Positions 45,456 through 55,380 of a stretch of DNA of 64,000 nucleotides are shown in pieces. Below the pieces are notes generated by a model. It saw only the letters and a list, made by a program, of their open reading frames with translations, did no database searches and was not told where the DNA came from. The DNA lies in the NCBI GenBank assembly GCA_023246095.1, contig JAHFJA010000003.1, forward strand, positions 10,782 through 74,781, given 5' to 3'. Both the position numbers and the translations under genes were made by a program. Positions within the stretch are counted from its first letter, which is position 1, and the number at the start of each line of letters is the position of its first letter. The DNA comes from a bacterium (GTDB taxonomy: Bacteria > Patescibacteriota > Patescibacteriia > JACQRZ01).

Positions 45456-45992
45456 ATGCAGAAAATAATACTGTTGTTTGTTCTTTTATTAATTACCTTA
45501 TATCCTCGTCATGCGTTTGCGAGGGTCGTTTCAGTGCCGACATATCATGCTCAAGTAGTATTCACTCGATACGACCCATTCGATATCCGACAAGCACCGG
45601 GAAATGGAATTACGCGTTCAGGGTTGCGCGCAACGATTCCCGCTGTCAATTCCAATACTCCGATGTATGTGGCGGCTGCTCGCTCTACGAGTAAATATTT
45701 TGGCAAACTATATTATGCAAATTTGCGCCACGGGAAAGCACGTCTTACGTGTTTTTTATATGTCATAGACACAGGTAATTTGTCTCCGAACCAAATTGAT
45801 ATTGCGGTAAACGGTAAGCACATAAAGCGTGTTTCACCGTTTATGAGTTGGAAAGGGAATTTACGTTATTTTAAGCTCAAAGAAATAGCATCTTTTGTCC
45901 GACCGGGAAAAAAGTATAGAGAAGGATCGTTGCCTGATCCACGAAAGGTTGAAAAAAGAATTAAGAAGGGGGAATTTAATTATATGATTTAA
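45456..45992 (+). CDS. Secreted hypothetical protein
   Basis: Signal peptide MQKIILLFVLLLITLYPRHAFA. Confidence 0.4.
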   Translation: MQKIILLFVLLLITLYPRHAFARVVSVPTYHAQVVFTRYDPFDIRQAPGNGITRSGLRATIPAVNSNTPMYVAAARSTSKYFGKLYYANLRHGKARLTCFLYVIDTGNLSPNQIDIAVNGKHIKRVSPFMSWKGNLRYFKLKEIASFVRPGKKYREGSLPDPRKVEKRIKKGEFNYMI

Positions 45993-46002
45993 ACCAATTT
46001 CT

Positions 46003-46033
46003 ATAGCTCTGCTTCTTAATGAGGCAGAGCTAT
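46003..46033. terminator. Bidirectional terminator ATAGCTCTGCttcttaatgagGCAGAGCTAT
   Basis: 10 bp perfect stem. Confidence 0.7.
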
Positions 46034-46052
46034 TTAATATCAAGATTATAAA

Positions 46053-46994
46053 TTATTTAATGGGACACACAAATTTTCTGACGATGTACTTAAACGGCAA
46101 TAACATCAGCGCCCATGGGAATATTATTAAAACCGACATTGTTAGCACGTTCGGATCTGAGAAAAATGCATTAGCGAGATATATCGCTAATGTGAAATTA
46201 AGAAACGTCAGACATACGGCTATCGTTAGACGGTCAGAGCAATTTCTCCAAAAGGAAACGTGGTATCCCGCAATGAGCAAAAGAGCGACAAAAATAAACA
46301 GTACGACTATTTGAATCAGCATCGCAGGGCCAATACTTTGGAAAATAATCGATGACTGTTTTGCGACGGCGCCCGCAATAAGTAAGCCGAGTAACAGCAA
46401 CGATATTGGTTTGAATGTAAAAAAAGTAATCTTTAGCTGTCGATGCCAGAAGTGACGTATTATTTGAGCAATGGCAAAAGGAATGACGATGACGGTGAAT
46501 AATGAGGTGAACATAGTCATGGCACTGACAGTGACAGCGGTTCCGGCAAATACGTTAATGACAAGAGGTATAGTAAAAGGAGCAAGTAGTGATGTTGTGA
46601 TAGTGAGTACCAATGCGAGGCTCTGTTTACCCCCCACGACCTCTGCAAGAAGCGGTGATGTCATACCACTAGGCATTGCAGCAAGAAGCATTAGTGGTAT
46701 AGCAAGCGATGGTGAAATTTGGTTGGCGATGATAAAGGTGATTGCGGGTAAAATGAGCAACATGAATAGTGTGGAGAGTACTACCATTTTTATATCTTTT
46801 GCTTCTTTCATTACTTCTTTTAGGTCCAGTTTTAGGCTGGTAAGTAAGAAGATAATTTGCAGGAAAAGAGTAGTGTAAGGATTGAGAGCAACAAATGTAT
46901 CTGCAAAAAATAACCCTGCCATGAGAGCTGCAAGGACGATAAACAAGTATGACTCTAGTAATGTAAGAAAAAGACGGGTGACGCGGTTTATCAT
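46053..46994 (-). CDS. Bile acid:sodium symporter (BASS/SBF) family transporter
   Basis: About 9-10 TM; SBF-like motifs (LLAAMPSGMTSPLLAEVVGG). Confidence 0.6.
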   Translation of the reverse strand: MINRVTRLFLTLLESYLFIVLAALMAGLFFADTFVALNPYTTLFLQIIFLLTSLKLDLKEVMKEAKDIKMVVLSTLFMLLILPAITFIIANQISPSLAIPLMLLAAMPSGMTSPLLAEVVGGKQSLALVLTITTSLLAPFTIPLVINVFAGTAVTVSAMTMFTSLFTVIVIPFAIAQIIRHFWHRQLKITFFTFKPISLLLLGLLIAGAVAKQSSIIFQSIGPAMLIQIVVLFIFVALLLIAGYHVSFWRNCSDRLTIAVCLTFLNFTLAIYLANAFFSDPNVLTMSVLIIFPWALMLLPFKYIVRKFVCPIK

Positions 46995-47143
46995 ATTTCA
47001 GATCAATAAGATTTGTATGAGGACTATCGTACCATTTTCTTTGAACAAAAACACGTTTATGTCTATTTTCTCTAGTTGACATATTGTTGTATAGGGTATA
47101 TATATTTGGTGGGTATATGAAGTAATGAAGAAGGAGATCGATA

Positions 47144-47734
47144 ATGAGTATAGTAAAAAATATTTTTGATGGTATAGAGGTGGAAGTTACAAATCTTACT
47201 TCAGTTATTGGGGGAAAGTATAGTCAACTTAGTCGGTGGGTGACCTATGATTTGTATGACGACCAAGTGAATCTCAGATTTGATTTTCAATGGTACAAGA
47301 ATCATAACTATGAGGCGTGTTCTGACTATCTTTTGGTAAGGTTGATATGTTCATTGGCACACAAGGGAGATCATTGTTGCCGCAGAGAGTATTTGAGTAG
47401 GAAAATGATTGTTCAGAGAACATATGACAATATACTCGATATTATATTGTCGGAACAAAAGCTGGTTTACAGAGAGAAAAAGTATTATTCGTTTGATTTC
47501 AAATCAAGTAGGGAGGGTTTTTGGTTTTATTTTTCATTGGGTAGTACAGCAAAAGTTGGTATCCCTGGCAGTTTATTTTCCGATGAATTCAAACTTAATA
47601 GGGATCAGTTCCGAGAGAAACCATCGCAGGAATTACGAGAAAAACTTATAGAGCTGTTATCTGAAGAAGTAGGGGAAAAAGTATTGGGTATTTATTACAA
47701 AGGAGAGAATGTAAAAAACAAGTTCAATCAATGA
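47144..47734 (+). CDS. Hypothetical protein (196 aa)
   Basis: SD GAAGGAGA before ATG. Confidence 0.4.
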   Translation: MSIVKNIFDGIEVEVTNLTSVIGGKYSQLSRWVTYDLYDDQVNLRFDFQWYKNHNYEACSDYLLVRLICSLAHKGDHCCRREYLSRKMIVQRTYDNILDIILSEQKLVYREKKYYSFDFKSSREGFWFYFSLGSTAKVGIPGSLFSDEFKLNRDQFREKPSQELREKLIELLSEEVGEKVLGIYYKGENVKNKFNQ

Positions 47735-47857
47735 TCGTATTAAATTTCGCCCCTGGATGTTTTTCATCCCGGGGTATTGATTTTTTATAGTCCTTCATAT
47801 TAATGGTTTGTGGCTGAGGGTAAACAGAAACGCCTCCGTAAGGGAGATGTCTTTGTA

Positions 47858-47883
47858 GGGTCACGTGGCGGAGGAAGTAGGAG
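47858..47883 (+). repeat. Short repeat GGGTCACGTGGCGGAGGAAGTAGGAG (copy of the degenerate tRNA-His 3'-end-like segment also at 48287-48312)
   Basis: About 24 of 27 identity with 48287-48313. Confidence 0.5.
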
Positions 47884-47929
47884 TTTTGAACGATAGCAAG
47901 GAAGTAATTAACCATCTATAATAGTTACT

Positions 47930-48145
47930 ATGAAATTTCCGCTTCACGAAACCTGGAAACGATCTCTTGTTAAGGCAATTACCTACAGGGTGTTCATTAT
48001 TATTCTGGATTTTTTAACTATATGGTTGATTACCAAAAGAGCTGAGTTCGCAATTGGATTTGTCGTTATAAGTAACATTTATACTACCATCGCATATTTT
48101 TTTCATGAAAGGTTCTGGAACCGAGTTCCTTGGGGGAAAAAATAA
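47930..48145 (+). CDS. DUF2061-family small membrane protein
   Basis: 71 aa; SLVKAITYRV...YFFHERFWNRVPWG pattern. Confidence 0.55.
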   Translation: MKFPLHETWKRSLVKAITYRVFIIILDFLTIWLITKRAEFAIGFVVISNIYTTIAYFFHERFWNRVPWGKK

Positions 48146-48223
48146 TCTGTTTATGCGTACCCAAACCTAAATACACCGTTTCTCTTTTTATCAGTATTCT
48201 CATTTGGTTCAAAGTTTATGGAT

Positions 48224-48315
48224 GTTAGAACTAAAATTAATATCTAGCCAAAACAAAAATTGAACTGTTTCCAATTCAATTCCTGTTGGGGTCACGTGGT
48301 GAAGGAAGTGGGGAC
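48224..48315 (+). repeat. Direct repeat copy R2: GTTAGAAC...AAAATTGAACTGTTTCCAATTCAATTC..GTTGGGGTCACG plus a decayed tRNA-His 3'-end-like tail
   Basis: Aligns over about 78 bp with 49862-49935 (the flank plus 3' end of tRNA-His). Confidence 0.6.
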
Positions 48316-48336
48316 TTTAGTTATTTCTAATTGCTG

Positions 48337-49134
48337 TTACAACGTTTCCAAAAAAGCATCTTTGATCGGTGGTTTGTAAGTACTTACTTTAGAAATATTC
48401 CATACCACTTCAAATTGTGCGCGCATCAGTTCTGCAAAGTCTTTGCTTTGGACAATGAATCCAAATGTTTCTTTTCTCGATGAGATGAACGCGACCTTAT
48501 TTTCATAGATTGTGTGTCCCATGTTCCAGGTCATGTTCAGCGGTGCAATACGAAGGTCTCGCAGGTGTTTCTTCCCAATCCCGAGAAAAGGAAATTGGTC
48601 TATGTTCACTGTTTTGTCTTTTGGCCAGATGACGCGCAAATGATTTTTGTTTTTGATCCGTTTGCGATTAAAGTTTTCTAGGTAGTGCGTTCCTAACACT
48701 GCGATCATTTCTTCCATCGGCCAAATCGAGAGGATCTGTGTATGATCGTACCAATACAGGTCATTCAAAATTTTGCGCACTTGTTCGGTCCCTCTGAAAT
48801 GTCTAATCTTTGGTTCATTATTTTTTTCCTGCTGGATGGGATGGTATCTGTCTATGTTTTTACTCTGTATTTCAAGGCTCTCAATCTTATTTTTCATGAG
48901 TTGTTTTAATTGTCCTATGTCATTGATTTGAAATAGTTTTTTGCTGTCTTCATCCTGTTCGATGATGAGGCCATTTTCAAGAAGAATATTCAGATGGTCA
49001 TAAATCGAAGAGCGTGGCATGCTGATTGTTTCGGCAAGTTGGCGCGCTGAACTGCTTCCTCGCTCAAGAAGGCGAGTATATACGAGGGTCGTATTTTCAG
49101 AAAAGCCTAATTCTTTGAGGATTGCTTCTATCAT
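48337..49134 (-). CDS. TrmB-family transcriptional regulator
   Basis: N-terminal wHTH (TRLLERGSSSARQLAETISMPRSSIYDHLNILLENGLI) plus TrmB-like C-terminal domain. Confidence 0.55.
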   Translation of the reverse strand: MIEAILKELGFSENTTLVYTRLLERGSSSARQLAETISMPRSSIYDHLNILLENGLIIEQDEDSKKLFQINDIGQLKQLMKNKIESLEIQSKNIDRYHPIQQEKNNEPKIRHFRGTEQVRKILNDLYWYDHTQILSIWPMEEMIAVLGTHYLENFNRKRIKNKNHLRVIWPKDKTVNIDQFPFLGIGKKHLRDLRIAPLNMTWNMGHTIYENKVAFISSRKETFGFIVQSKDFAELMRAQFEVVWNISKVSTYKPPIKDAFLETL

Positions 49135-49232
49135 AGATATTTGTCGATATTCGACGACATATTGACATAATAGGGTTTTCGTACCATGATGTCAAACGGT
49201 AATATGAATGATTAAGTAAAGGAGGAATAGAA

Positions 49233-49748
49233 ATGGTTATTGTGAATGTATTGATTAATAACCCTGCATTTTGGCTGTTAATTGGTGTATTGGTACATTT
49301 TCACGTGCGCAAAATTCCTCGTGTGAAAAATCTTAGGAAATATATTAGAACGGCAGACTTTGTATATTGGCCAGGTATCGAGAGGCACAGAATGGAATAC
49401 TTTCAACTACTTGTAAGTGCCATATGCGCTGTTATGTTATCTGCTTCTCTGGGGGCGATTATGGATGATACTCGTTTTATGTATCTTGAAAATTGGAATG
49501 ATATACTTCATGTGGCAAGGGCTTTGTATTTACTGTGCATATTTCCGGGACTTACAATTCCTATATTTGCATCCCTTGCTTCGATAGTGCAGACTATTGA
49601 GTATATTTTTAAAATATACCGCCATATCAAAATGGAGGATTATGATCACGAAAGTTATATTTTTGAAGGTGGGCTGATTGTACGATTCTTGGAAATGATC
49701 CCGATACTATCATTTATTGTCATATTGGTGAGTGGAAGAAAATTATAA
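49233..49748 (+). CDS. Hypothetical membrane protein (171 aa)
   Basis: SD AAGGAGG; 4-5 TM. Confidence 0.4.
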   Translation: MVIVNVLINNPAFWLLIGVLVHFHVRKIPRVKNLRKYIRTADFVYWPGIERHRMEYFQLLVSAICAVMLSASLGAIMDDTRFMYLENWNDILHVARALYLLCIFPGLTIPIFASLASIVQTIEYIFKIYRHIKMEDYDHESYIFEGGLIVRFLEMIPILSFIVILVSGRKL

Positions 49749-49797
49749 CTATAAACATTGGACTAAGATAACATCAAGGTCCTTTTATTTTTGTGTA

Positions 49798-49835
49798 TCA
49801 AAAAATCCCTCTTTCGAGAGACTCTTTGGAGCGAG
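49798..49835 (-). repeat. Copy C (decayed) of the tRNA-Gly downstream terminator repeat
   Basis: CAAAAAATCCCTCTTTCGAGAGACTCTTTGGAGCGAG versus 24840 CAAAAAAGCCCTCCTTTTTGGGAGAGCTCTCTTGGAGCGGG. Confidence 0.5.
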
Positions 49836-49861
49836 ATATGAATATATAAAAATTTTATCTA

Positions 49862-49924
49862 GTTAGAACCGCTTTTGATATTTAACCAAAATAAAAATCG
49901 AACTGTTTCCAGTTCAATTCGCGT
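49862..49924 (+). repeat. Direct repeat copy R3 (flank immediately 3' of tRNA-His)
   Basis: Matches 48224-48290. Confidence 0.6.
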
Positions 49925-49999
49925 TGGGGTGACCGACGAGGATCGAACTCGCGATGGGAGGACCACAACCTCCTGTGTTACCACTACACCACGGCCACC
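49925..49999 (-). tRNA. tRNA-His (anticodon GTG) with encoded G-1
   Basis: Hand-folded: G-1 plus acceptor GTGGCCG, anticodon arm GGAGG-TTGTGGT-CCTCC, T-loop TTCGATC, discriminator C plus CCA. Confidence 0.8.
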
Positions 50000-50006
50000 A
50001 TGCTTA

Positions 50007-50366
50007 TTATTTGTACGACAACAATACAAGCCCGATAATGACCACCAGCATACCAACAACATTCAAGAGTGTCAATGTCTCATGGAGAAAGAAGTACGAG
50101 GCGATATCAACCAGGACAAAGGTACTTCCGGCGATGACCGGCATCGCAATATGCAGCGGCATGCGTACGAATACTTCAGTATAAAATGGGAAGCTGCCAA
50201 CAAGCAGCAATACTCCTACAATAATATACGGATTTCGCACTGCGGAAAGTAAAAATGCAAGGTCAATGCTCTTTGAAGTGATTCGCTGAGTGCCGAGTTT
50301 GATAAGCACGTTTCCCATCGCACCCGCAATGATCGTGATTGCAAGAAAAATATAGGTCTGTAGCAT
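50007..50366 (-). CDS. Small 4-TM DMT-superfamily (EamA/ArnE-like) membrane protein
   Basis: 119 aa, 4 TM. Confidence 0.45.
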   Translation of the reverse strand: MLQTYIFLAITIIAGAMGNVLIKLGTQRITSKSIDLAFLLSAVRNPYIIVGVLLLVGSFPFYTEVFVRMPLHIAMPVIAGSTFVLVDIASYFFLHETLTLLNVVGMLVVIIGLVLLSYK

Positions 50367-50483
50367 ATATTATTAGTGTACTGCATCAAGGCGGGGCTCG
50401 TCAAAATTAATGAACTCTGTTAACATTAAAGCCCTCATGTAATACTCTATAATGAAGATATTATTACTATAACGACCATTCTT

Positions 50484-51101
50484 ATGGATTACACCACGTT
50501 GGCTGCTAGTCAAGTCGTAAAAGAGACTATTGGGTCATTGGGGAAAAGACATATTGAGGTACTAAGTGTAGAAAATGGGGCCCAGGCGCTAGACAAAATA
50601 AAGGAGCTCATTCCGACCGGCGCTTCAGTAATGAATGGTTCTTCACGAACCCTTGAACAAATTGGTTTCGTTGATTACCTCAAAGCAGGCACTCATGGCT
50701 GGAATAATCTTCATGAAGGAATTTTGGCCGAAAAAGATTCTGCTAAACAAGCACTACTTCGCAAGCAAGCAGTACTTTCTGATTATTACTTGGGTAGCGT
50801 TCATGGTCTTGCCCAAACAGGAGAGTTTGTTATCGCTTCAAATACTGGTAGCCAGCTACCTCACATTGTTTTTACTTCACCAAATCTTATCTTTGTCGTA
50901 AGTACTAAAAAAATCGTACCCACCCTCGCGGATGCAATGGCACGCCTACAAGAACATGTAATTCCTCTAGAAGAAAAACATATGCAAGAGCTATATGGTG
51001 TCCATACTGCACCAAATAAAGTTCTTATTTTTCAAGGTGAGAATCCAATGCTGGAAAGAAAAGTACGCGTAATTCTTGTAAACGAAGATCTTGGGTTTTA
51101 A
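50484..51101 (+). CDS. LUD-domain (LutC/YkgG-like, DUF162) protein
   Basis: 205 aa; ...YYLGSVHGLAQTGEFVIASNTGS... pattern. Confidence 0.5.
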   Translation: MDYTTLAASQVVKETIGSLGKRHIEVLSVENGAQALDKIKELIPTGASVMNGSSRTLEQIGFVDYLKAGTHGWNNLHEGILAEKDSAKQALLRKQAVLSDYYLGSVHGLAQTGEFVIASNTGSQLPHIVFTSPNLIFVVSTKKIVPTLADAMARLQEHVIPLEEKHMQELYGVHTAPNKVLIFQGENPMLERKVRVILVNEDLGF

Positions 51102-51102
51102 T

Positions 51103-52827
51103 ATGCAACAAAAGAATCAGCCGAACTTATTTGGACTATTAAAACCATATTGGAAGCTGGTCGCTTCGTTGGTTGTTTTGGCGTTGCTCAGTAATGGTTT
51201 GACGTTATGGCTGCCTCGATTACTATCTCATGGTATTGATGGTTTTTTGATGGGCACATCGCTCCATCCTATATTGTGGAAATTTTCTATTGCTTCGGTT
51301 TTGATATTTGTCCTTACTTATCTGCAAAGTATTGTCCAGACATATGCGTCAGAGCGAGTGGCGCGGGACCTGCGCGCTGATCTTTCCAGAAAAATATCGA
51401 CCCAGAGCTTTGCCCAAGTGCAAGCAGTAACGCCGTCAAGATTACTGACCAATCTCACGTCTGACATTGATTCGATTAAAAGTTTTGTTTCCCAAGCGAT
51501 CGTGAATATTGTGTCATCCGCCTTTATTATATTAGGGGGAAGTGTGCTGCTTCTTTCTATTGATTGGAAACTTGGTTTGGCTGTATTAACGATTTTGCCG
51601 ATTATTGCTGTTACGTTCTTTTTGATATTGGGCAAAGTAAGGAAGTTGTTTCTCGAAACGCGAGAGATAATTGACTGGTTAAACAAAGTTATTAACGAAA
51701 GCATCCTCGGCGCGGCGTTGATTCGCGTGTTGCATTCTCAACGATGGGAACACCAAAAGTTTATTGATGCCAACGGCAAGGCTCGAGATGTTGGAGTGAA
51801 GATTTTGAAATTGTTTTCGGCAATGATTCCCATCATTACGTTTGCTTCAAATCTTGCTATTGTCATCATCCTTGTGTTGGGAGGAAAATTTATCATTGAG
51901 GGAAGCATGAGCTTGGGGGATTTTGCTTCATTCAACAGTTATCTGGCGATCCTGATATTCCCCATCATGATTATCGGTTTCATGAGTAATATTATTGCAC
52001 AGGCCCAGGCGTCCTATGGCAGAATTGTCGACGTATTATCGTCACCGGAAACAAAAGACGAGGGTACTACTATAACACCACTCGACGGTAGTATTCAAAT
52101 AGAAAAGGTCACATTGATATACGGGCAAAGGGCAGTCTTAAAGGATGTTTCCTTCTCGATTGAACCCCACAGCAAAGTAGCCATCATTGGTCCGACCGCC
52201 GCCGGTAAAACGCAGTTGCTCAATCTCCTTATTGGACTGATCCAACCGACAAAAGGAGAAGTAAAATATGACCACCGCAATCTGGGTGAGTATCAGCGGG
52301 AAAATCTTTATAAGCAGGTTGGTATCGTTTTCCAGGACAGCAATATTTTTAATATTAGCGTGCGGGAAAATATTGCATTTAACACTGATGTTACCAAAGA
52401 AGATATGGAAAAGGCTATTGAAACTGCAGAGTTGTCTGAGTTCATTAGTGGCTTGCCTTTGGGGCTTGAGACGGTTGCCTCTGAACGGGGTATGAGCTTA
52501 TCGGGCGGGCAAAAACAACGTATTATGCTTGCTCGCGCGCTTGCCATCAATCCAAAAATTTTATTACTTGATGACTTCACTGCGCGTGTCGATGCGAATA
52601 CTGAGAAAAAAATTCTTGAAAATGTTGCAAAAAATTATCCTGAATTAACATTGGTATCGGTAACACAAAAGATCGCTTCCGTTGAGCATTATGACCAGAT
52701 TATTGTATTGATGGAGGGTGAAGTGATCGCGACGGGAAAACATGAAGACTTGATTCACACATCGCCGGAATATGTACAGATATATAATTCACAGCAAAGT
52801 ACCAGTACGTATGAACTACAATCTTAG
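51103..52827 (+). CDS. ABC transporter, fused permease/ATP-binding (exporter) subunit A
   Basis: 6 TM plus Walker A GPTAAGKTQ, signature LSGGQKQRIMLARA, Walker B LLLDD. Confidence 0.85.
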   Translation: MQQKNQPNLFGLLKPYWKLVASLVVLALLSNGLTLWLPRLLSHGIDGFLMGTSLHPILWKFSIASVLIFVLTYLQSIVQTYASERVARDLRADLSRKISTQSFAQVQAVTPSRLLTNLTSDIDSIKSFVSQAIVNIVSSAFIILGGSVLLLSIDWKLGLAVLTILPIIAVTFFLILGKVRKLFLETREIIDWLNKVINESILGAALIRVLHSQRWEHQKFIDANGKARDVGVKILKLFSAMIPIITFASNLAIVIILVLGGKFIIEGSMSLGDFASFNSYLAILIFPIMIIGFMSNIIAQAQASYGRIVDVLSSPETKDEGTTITPLDGSIQIEKVTLIYGQRAVLKDVSFSIEPHSKVAIIGPTAAGKTQLLNLLIGLIQPTKGEVKYDHRNLGEYQRENLYKQVGIVFQDSNIFNISVRENIAFNTDVTKEDMEKAIETAELSEFISGLPLGLETVASERGMSLSGGQKQRIMLARALAINPKILLLDDFTARVDANTEKKILENVAKNYPELTLVSVTQKIASVEHYDQIIVLMEGEVIATGKHEDLIHTSPEYVQIYNSQQSTSTYELQS

Positions 52828-54568
52828 TACAATAGATCCGGGTAAAAAAACATCCCTTTTGCAGGCGATCAAAACACTTTGGCCTTTGATTGTCCAAGAA
52901 AAGACGATAATGGTTTTCGCCTTGGTTGCTGTAGTCATCAACTCCCTTTTGAACCTCATCGCTCCTCGACTGATCGCCCATGCGGTCGATACCTATATTA
53001 TTGCACGCGATTACCATGGAGTTCTGATGTATGCGGGAATCATTTTGGCAATGTATGTGTGTGGTTTGTTAACCAGCTACATGCAAATTCGCCTTATGGG
53101 GGGTGTGGGACAGCGGGTACTGTATCGTTTGCGCAATCAAGTATTTAATAAACTTCAGGCGCTTCCTATTGCATTTTTTAATCAAAACAAAGCAGGTGAT
53201 TTGATTTCTCGCATCAATAATGACACTGATAAGATCAATCAGTTTTTTTCCCAGGCTTTAGTCCAGTTTATCGGAAATATTTTTCTCATGACCGGCGCGG
53301 CGATATTTTTACTTAGTCTCAATATTCGCTTGGGCGCTGCTACATTGGCACCTGCCGCGGGGCTGCTTATTATTACCAGTCTCCTCTCAGCGTGGGTAAA
53401 GAAGAAAAATCTGGTGAGTTCCAGAACGTTGGGGGGAATGAGCGCTGAGATCCAGGAAAGCCTTAATAATTTTAAAGTGATTATCGCCTTTAACCGAAGA
53501 GACTTTTTTAAAAAGCGATTTCAAGAAGTGAATGATGAAAATTATACTGCGTCGGTGGGGGCAGGAATTGCTAATAACACATTTACACCGATGTACGGTC
53601 TTGCTTCAAACATTGGACAAATGATTGTGTTAGCATACGGTATCTCGTTGATTTTGTCTGGTCATTTTACGGTGGGTTTGCTGATTAGTTTTCTTTCATA
53701 TGCCAATAGTTTCTACAGCCCCTTGCGCCAACTTGCGGCGCTTTGGGCAAGCCTCCAGGCGGCGATGGCAAGTTGGGATCGAGTGCACGACATATTGATG
53801 TTGGAAAGTGATTTGCCGGTACTTACCGAGTCCGCTGAAGCAAATTATCAGACAGCACTAGAACTTAGGAATGTACATTTCACGTACCCTGACGGCAAAG
53901 AGGTTCTGCATAATATCAATATACAATTGGAAAAAGGAAAAACATATGCACTGGTGGGACCTACTGGAGGAGGGAAGACAACAACTGCGTCGTTGATGGC
54001 GCGTTTGTATGATCCGACTATAGGAACAATATTTTTAAATGGTAAAGACATTCGCAGTTACTCTCCCCAAGAACGCACACAAAAAATTGGTTTCATTTTG
54101 CAGGAGCCTGTGCTGTTTACGGGAAGCGTACGGGAAAACATTTTGTATGGAAATGAGGAGTACCAATCTCATAGCAATGAACAACTAGAAGCGCTTATTC
54201 ATGACGCCGGTTTGGAAAAATTATTGAAACGATTTGATCAAGGACTGGAAACGAAACTAACTGCCAGTGGAGATGCGGTAAGTCTTGGTCAAAAACAGCT
54301 CATCGCGTTTATTCGTGCTGTGCTTCGTAACCCAGACGTATTGATTCTGGACGAAGCGACGGCGAATATTGACACGGTAACCGAAGAATTGCTCGAAGAG
54401 ATTTTGCGCAATCTTCCCTCAAGCACAACAAAGGTGATTATCGCCCATCGCCTTAACACGATTGAAAACGCTGATGAAATATTCTTTGTAAATGCCGGTG
54501 AAGTGATCAAAGCAGGTTCGATGGAAAACGCATTGGAGATGCTGTTGCACCAGGATATGAGGAGTTAG
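52814..54568 (+). CDS. ABC transporter, fused permease/ATP-binding (exporter) subunit B
   Basis: 6 TM plus Walker A GPTGGGKTT, signature-like VSLGQKQLIAFIRA, Walker B LILDEATANID; overlaps subunit A by 14 nt. Confidence 0.85.
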   Translation, partial: NYNLSTIDPGKKTSLLQAIKTLWPLIVQEKTIMVFALVAVVINSLLNLIAPRLIAHAVDTYIIARDYHGVLMYAGIILAMYVCGLLTSYMQIRLMGGVGQRVLYRLRNQVFNKLQALPIAFFNQNKAGDLISRINNDTDKINQFFSQALVQFIGNIFLMTGAAIFLLSLNIRLGAATLAPAAGLLIITSLLSAWVKKKNLVSSRTLGGMSAEIQESLNNFKVIIAFNRRDFFKKRFQEVNDENYTASVGAGIANNTFTPMYGLASNIGQMIVLAYGISLILSGHFTVGLLISFLSYANSFYSPLRQLAALWASLQAAMASWDRVHDILMLESDLPVLTESAEANYQTALELRNVHFTYPDGKEVLHNINIQLEKGKTYALVGPTGGGKTTTASLMARLYDPTIGTIFLNGKDIRSYSPQERTQKIGFILQEPVLFTGSVRENILYGNEEYQSHSNEQLEALIHDAGLEKLLKRFDQGLETKLTASGDAVSLGQKQLIAFIRAVLRNPDVLILDEATANIDTVTEELLEEILRNLPSSTTKVIIAHRLNTIENADEIFFVNAGEVIKAGSMENALEMLLHQDMRS

Positions 54569-54591
54569 GGTAATTTGGTATAATCCGGAGT

Positions 54592-55221
54592 ATGAAAGCC
54601 TTCTTTCCACAAGACAGATCTTCACTCTTCTCTCTTGTCCCGCTTGTTATCGTAAATATCATCCCTCTTGTTGGGGTGTTGTTTCTTGATTGGAGCTTGT
54701 TCCAAGTACTTTTTTTGTATTGGGTCGAAAGCGGTGTTATTGGTGTTTATAATATATTCAAACTCATTATAGTAGCTCGTTTATCAAGCATTATAGCGGT
54801 GCCTTTTTTTATCATCCACTATAGTCTGTTCATGCTTATCCATTTGCTATTTATTATTGTTCTTTTTGCTCCTGACCTACGTTCTGATTCCCTCTTTCCT
54901 TCTGGCGCTGTTATTGTCACACTGCTTGGTAGGAATGTAGTACCTGTTTTACTGTTGTTTATAAGTCATGGCGTGTCATTTTTTTGGAATTTCATTAAAG
55001 GTCGAGAGTATGAAAATACCGACGTTCGCAAACAAATGAATGCACCCTATGAAAGAGTTTTAATAATGCACTTTACGATTATATTTGGAAGCTGGCTGGT
55101 ATTTTCCTTTGGTAAGCCGGTATTAGGAGTAGTATTTTTGATTGTTTTCAAAACCTTTATCGATGTGTTTTCTCATCTGCGGGTACACGGATTTATAAAA
55201 AGCCAATATAGCAAATATTAG
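54592..55221 (+). CDS. Hypothetical polytopic membrane protein
   Basis: 6 TM, 209 aa. Confidence 0.4.
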   Translation: MKAFFPQDRSSLFSLVPLVIVNIIPLVGVLFLDWSLFQVLFLYWVESGVIGVYNIFKLIIVARLSSIIAVPFFIIHYSLFMLIHLLFIIVLFAPDLRSDSLFPSGAVIVTLLGRNVVPVLLLFISHGVSFFWNFIKGREYENTDVRKQMNAPYERVLIMHFTIIFGSWLVFSFGKPVLGVVFLIVFKTFIDVFSHLRVHGFIKSQYSKY

Positions 55222-55262
55222 TTTTCGAATGTAAACGAATTATTTTTTTCTTAGTGTAATTC

Positions 55263-55337
55263 TGGTGCGCCCTGCAGGAATCGAACCTACATAACAGGCT
55301 TAGAAGTCCTGTGTTCTATCCATTGAACTAAGGGCGC
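55263..55337 (-). tRNA. tRNA-Arg (anticodon TCT)
   Basis: Hand-folded: acceptor GCGCCCT/AGGGCGC, anticodon loop CTTCTAA, T-loop TTCGATT, CCA encoded. Confidence 0.75.
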
Positions 55338-55380
55338 ATGTCATGGATACAGTACGAAATTCGAGAATGATTGTCAATCA

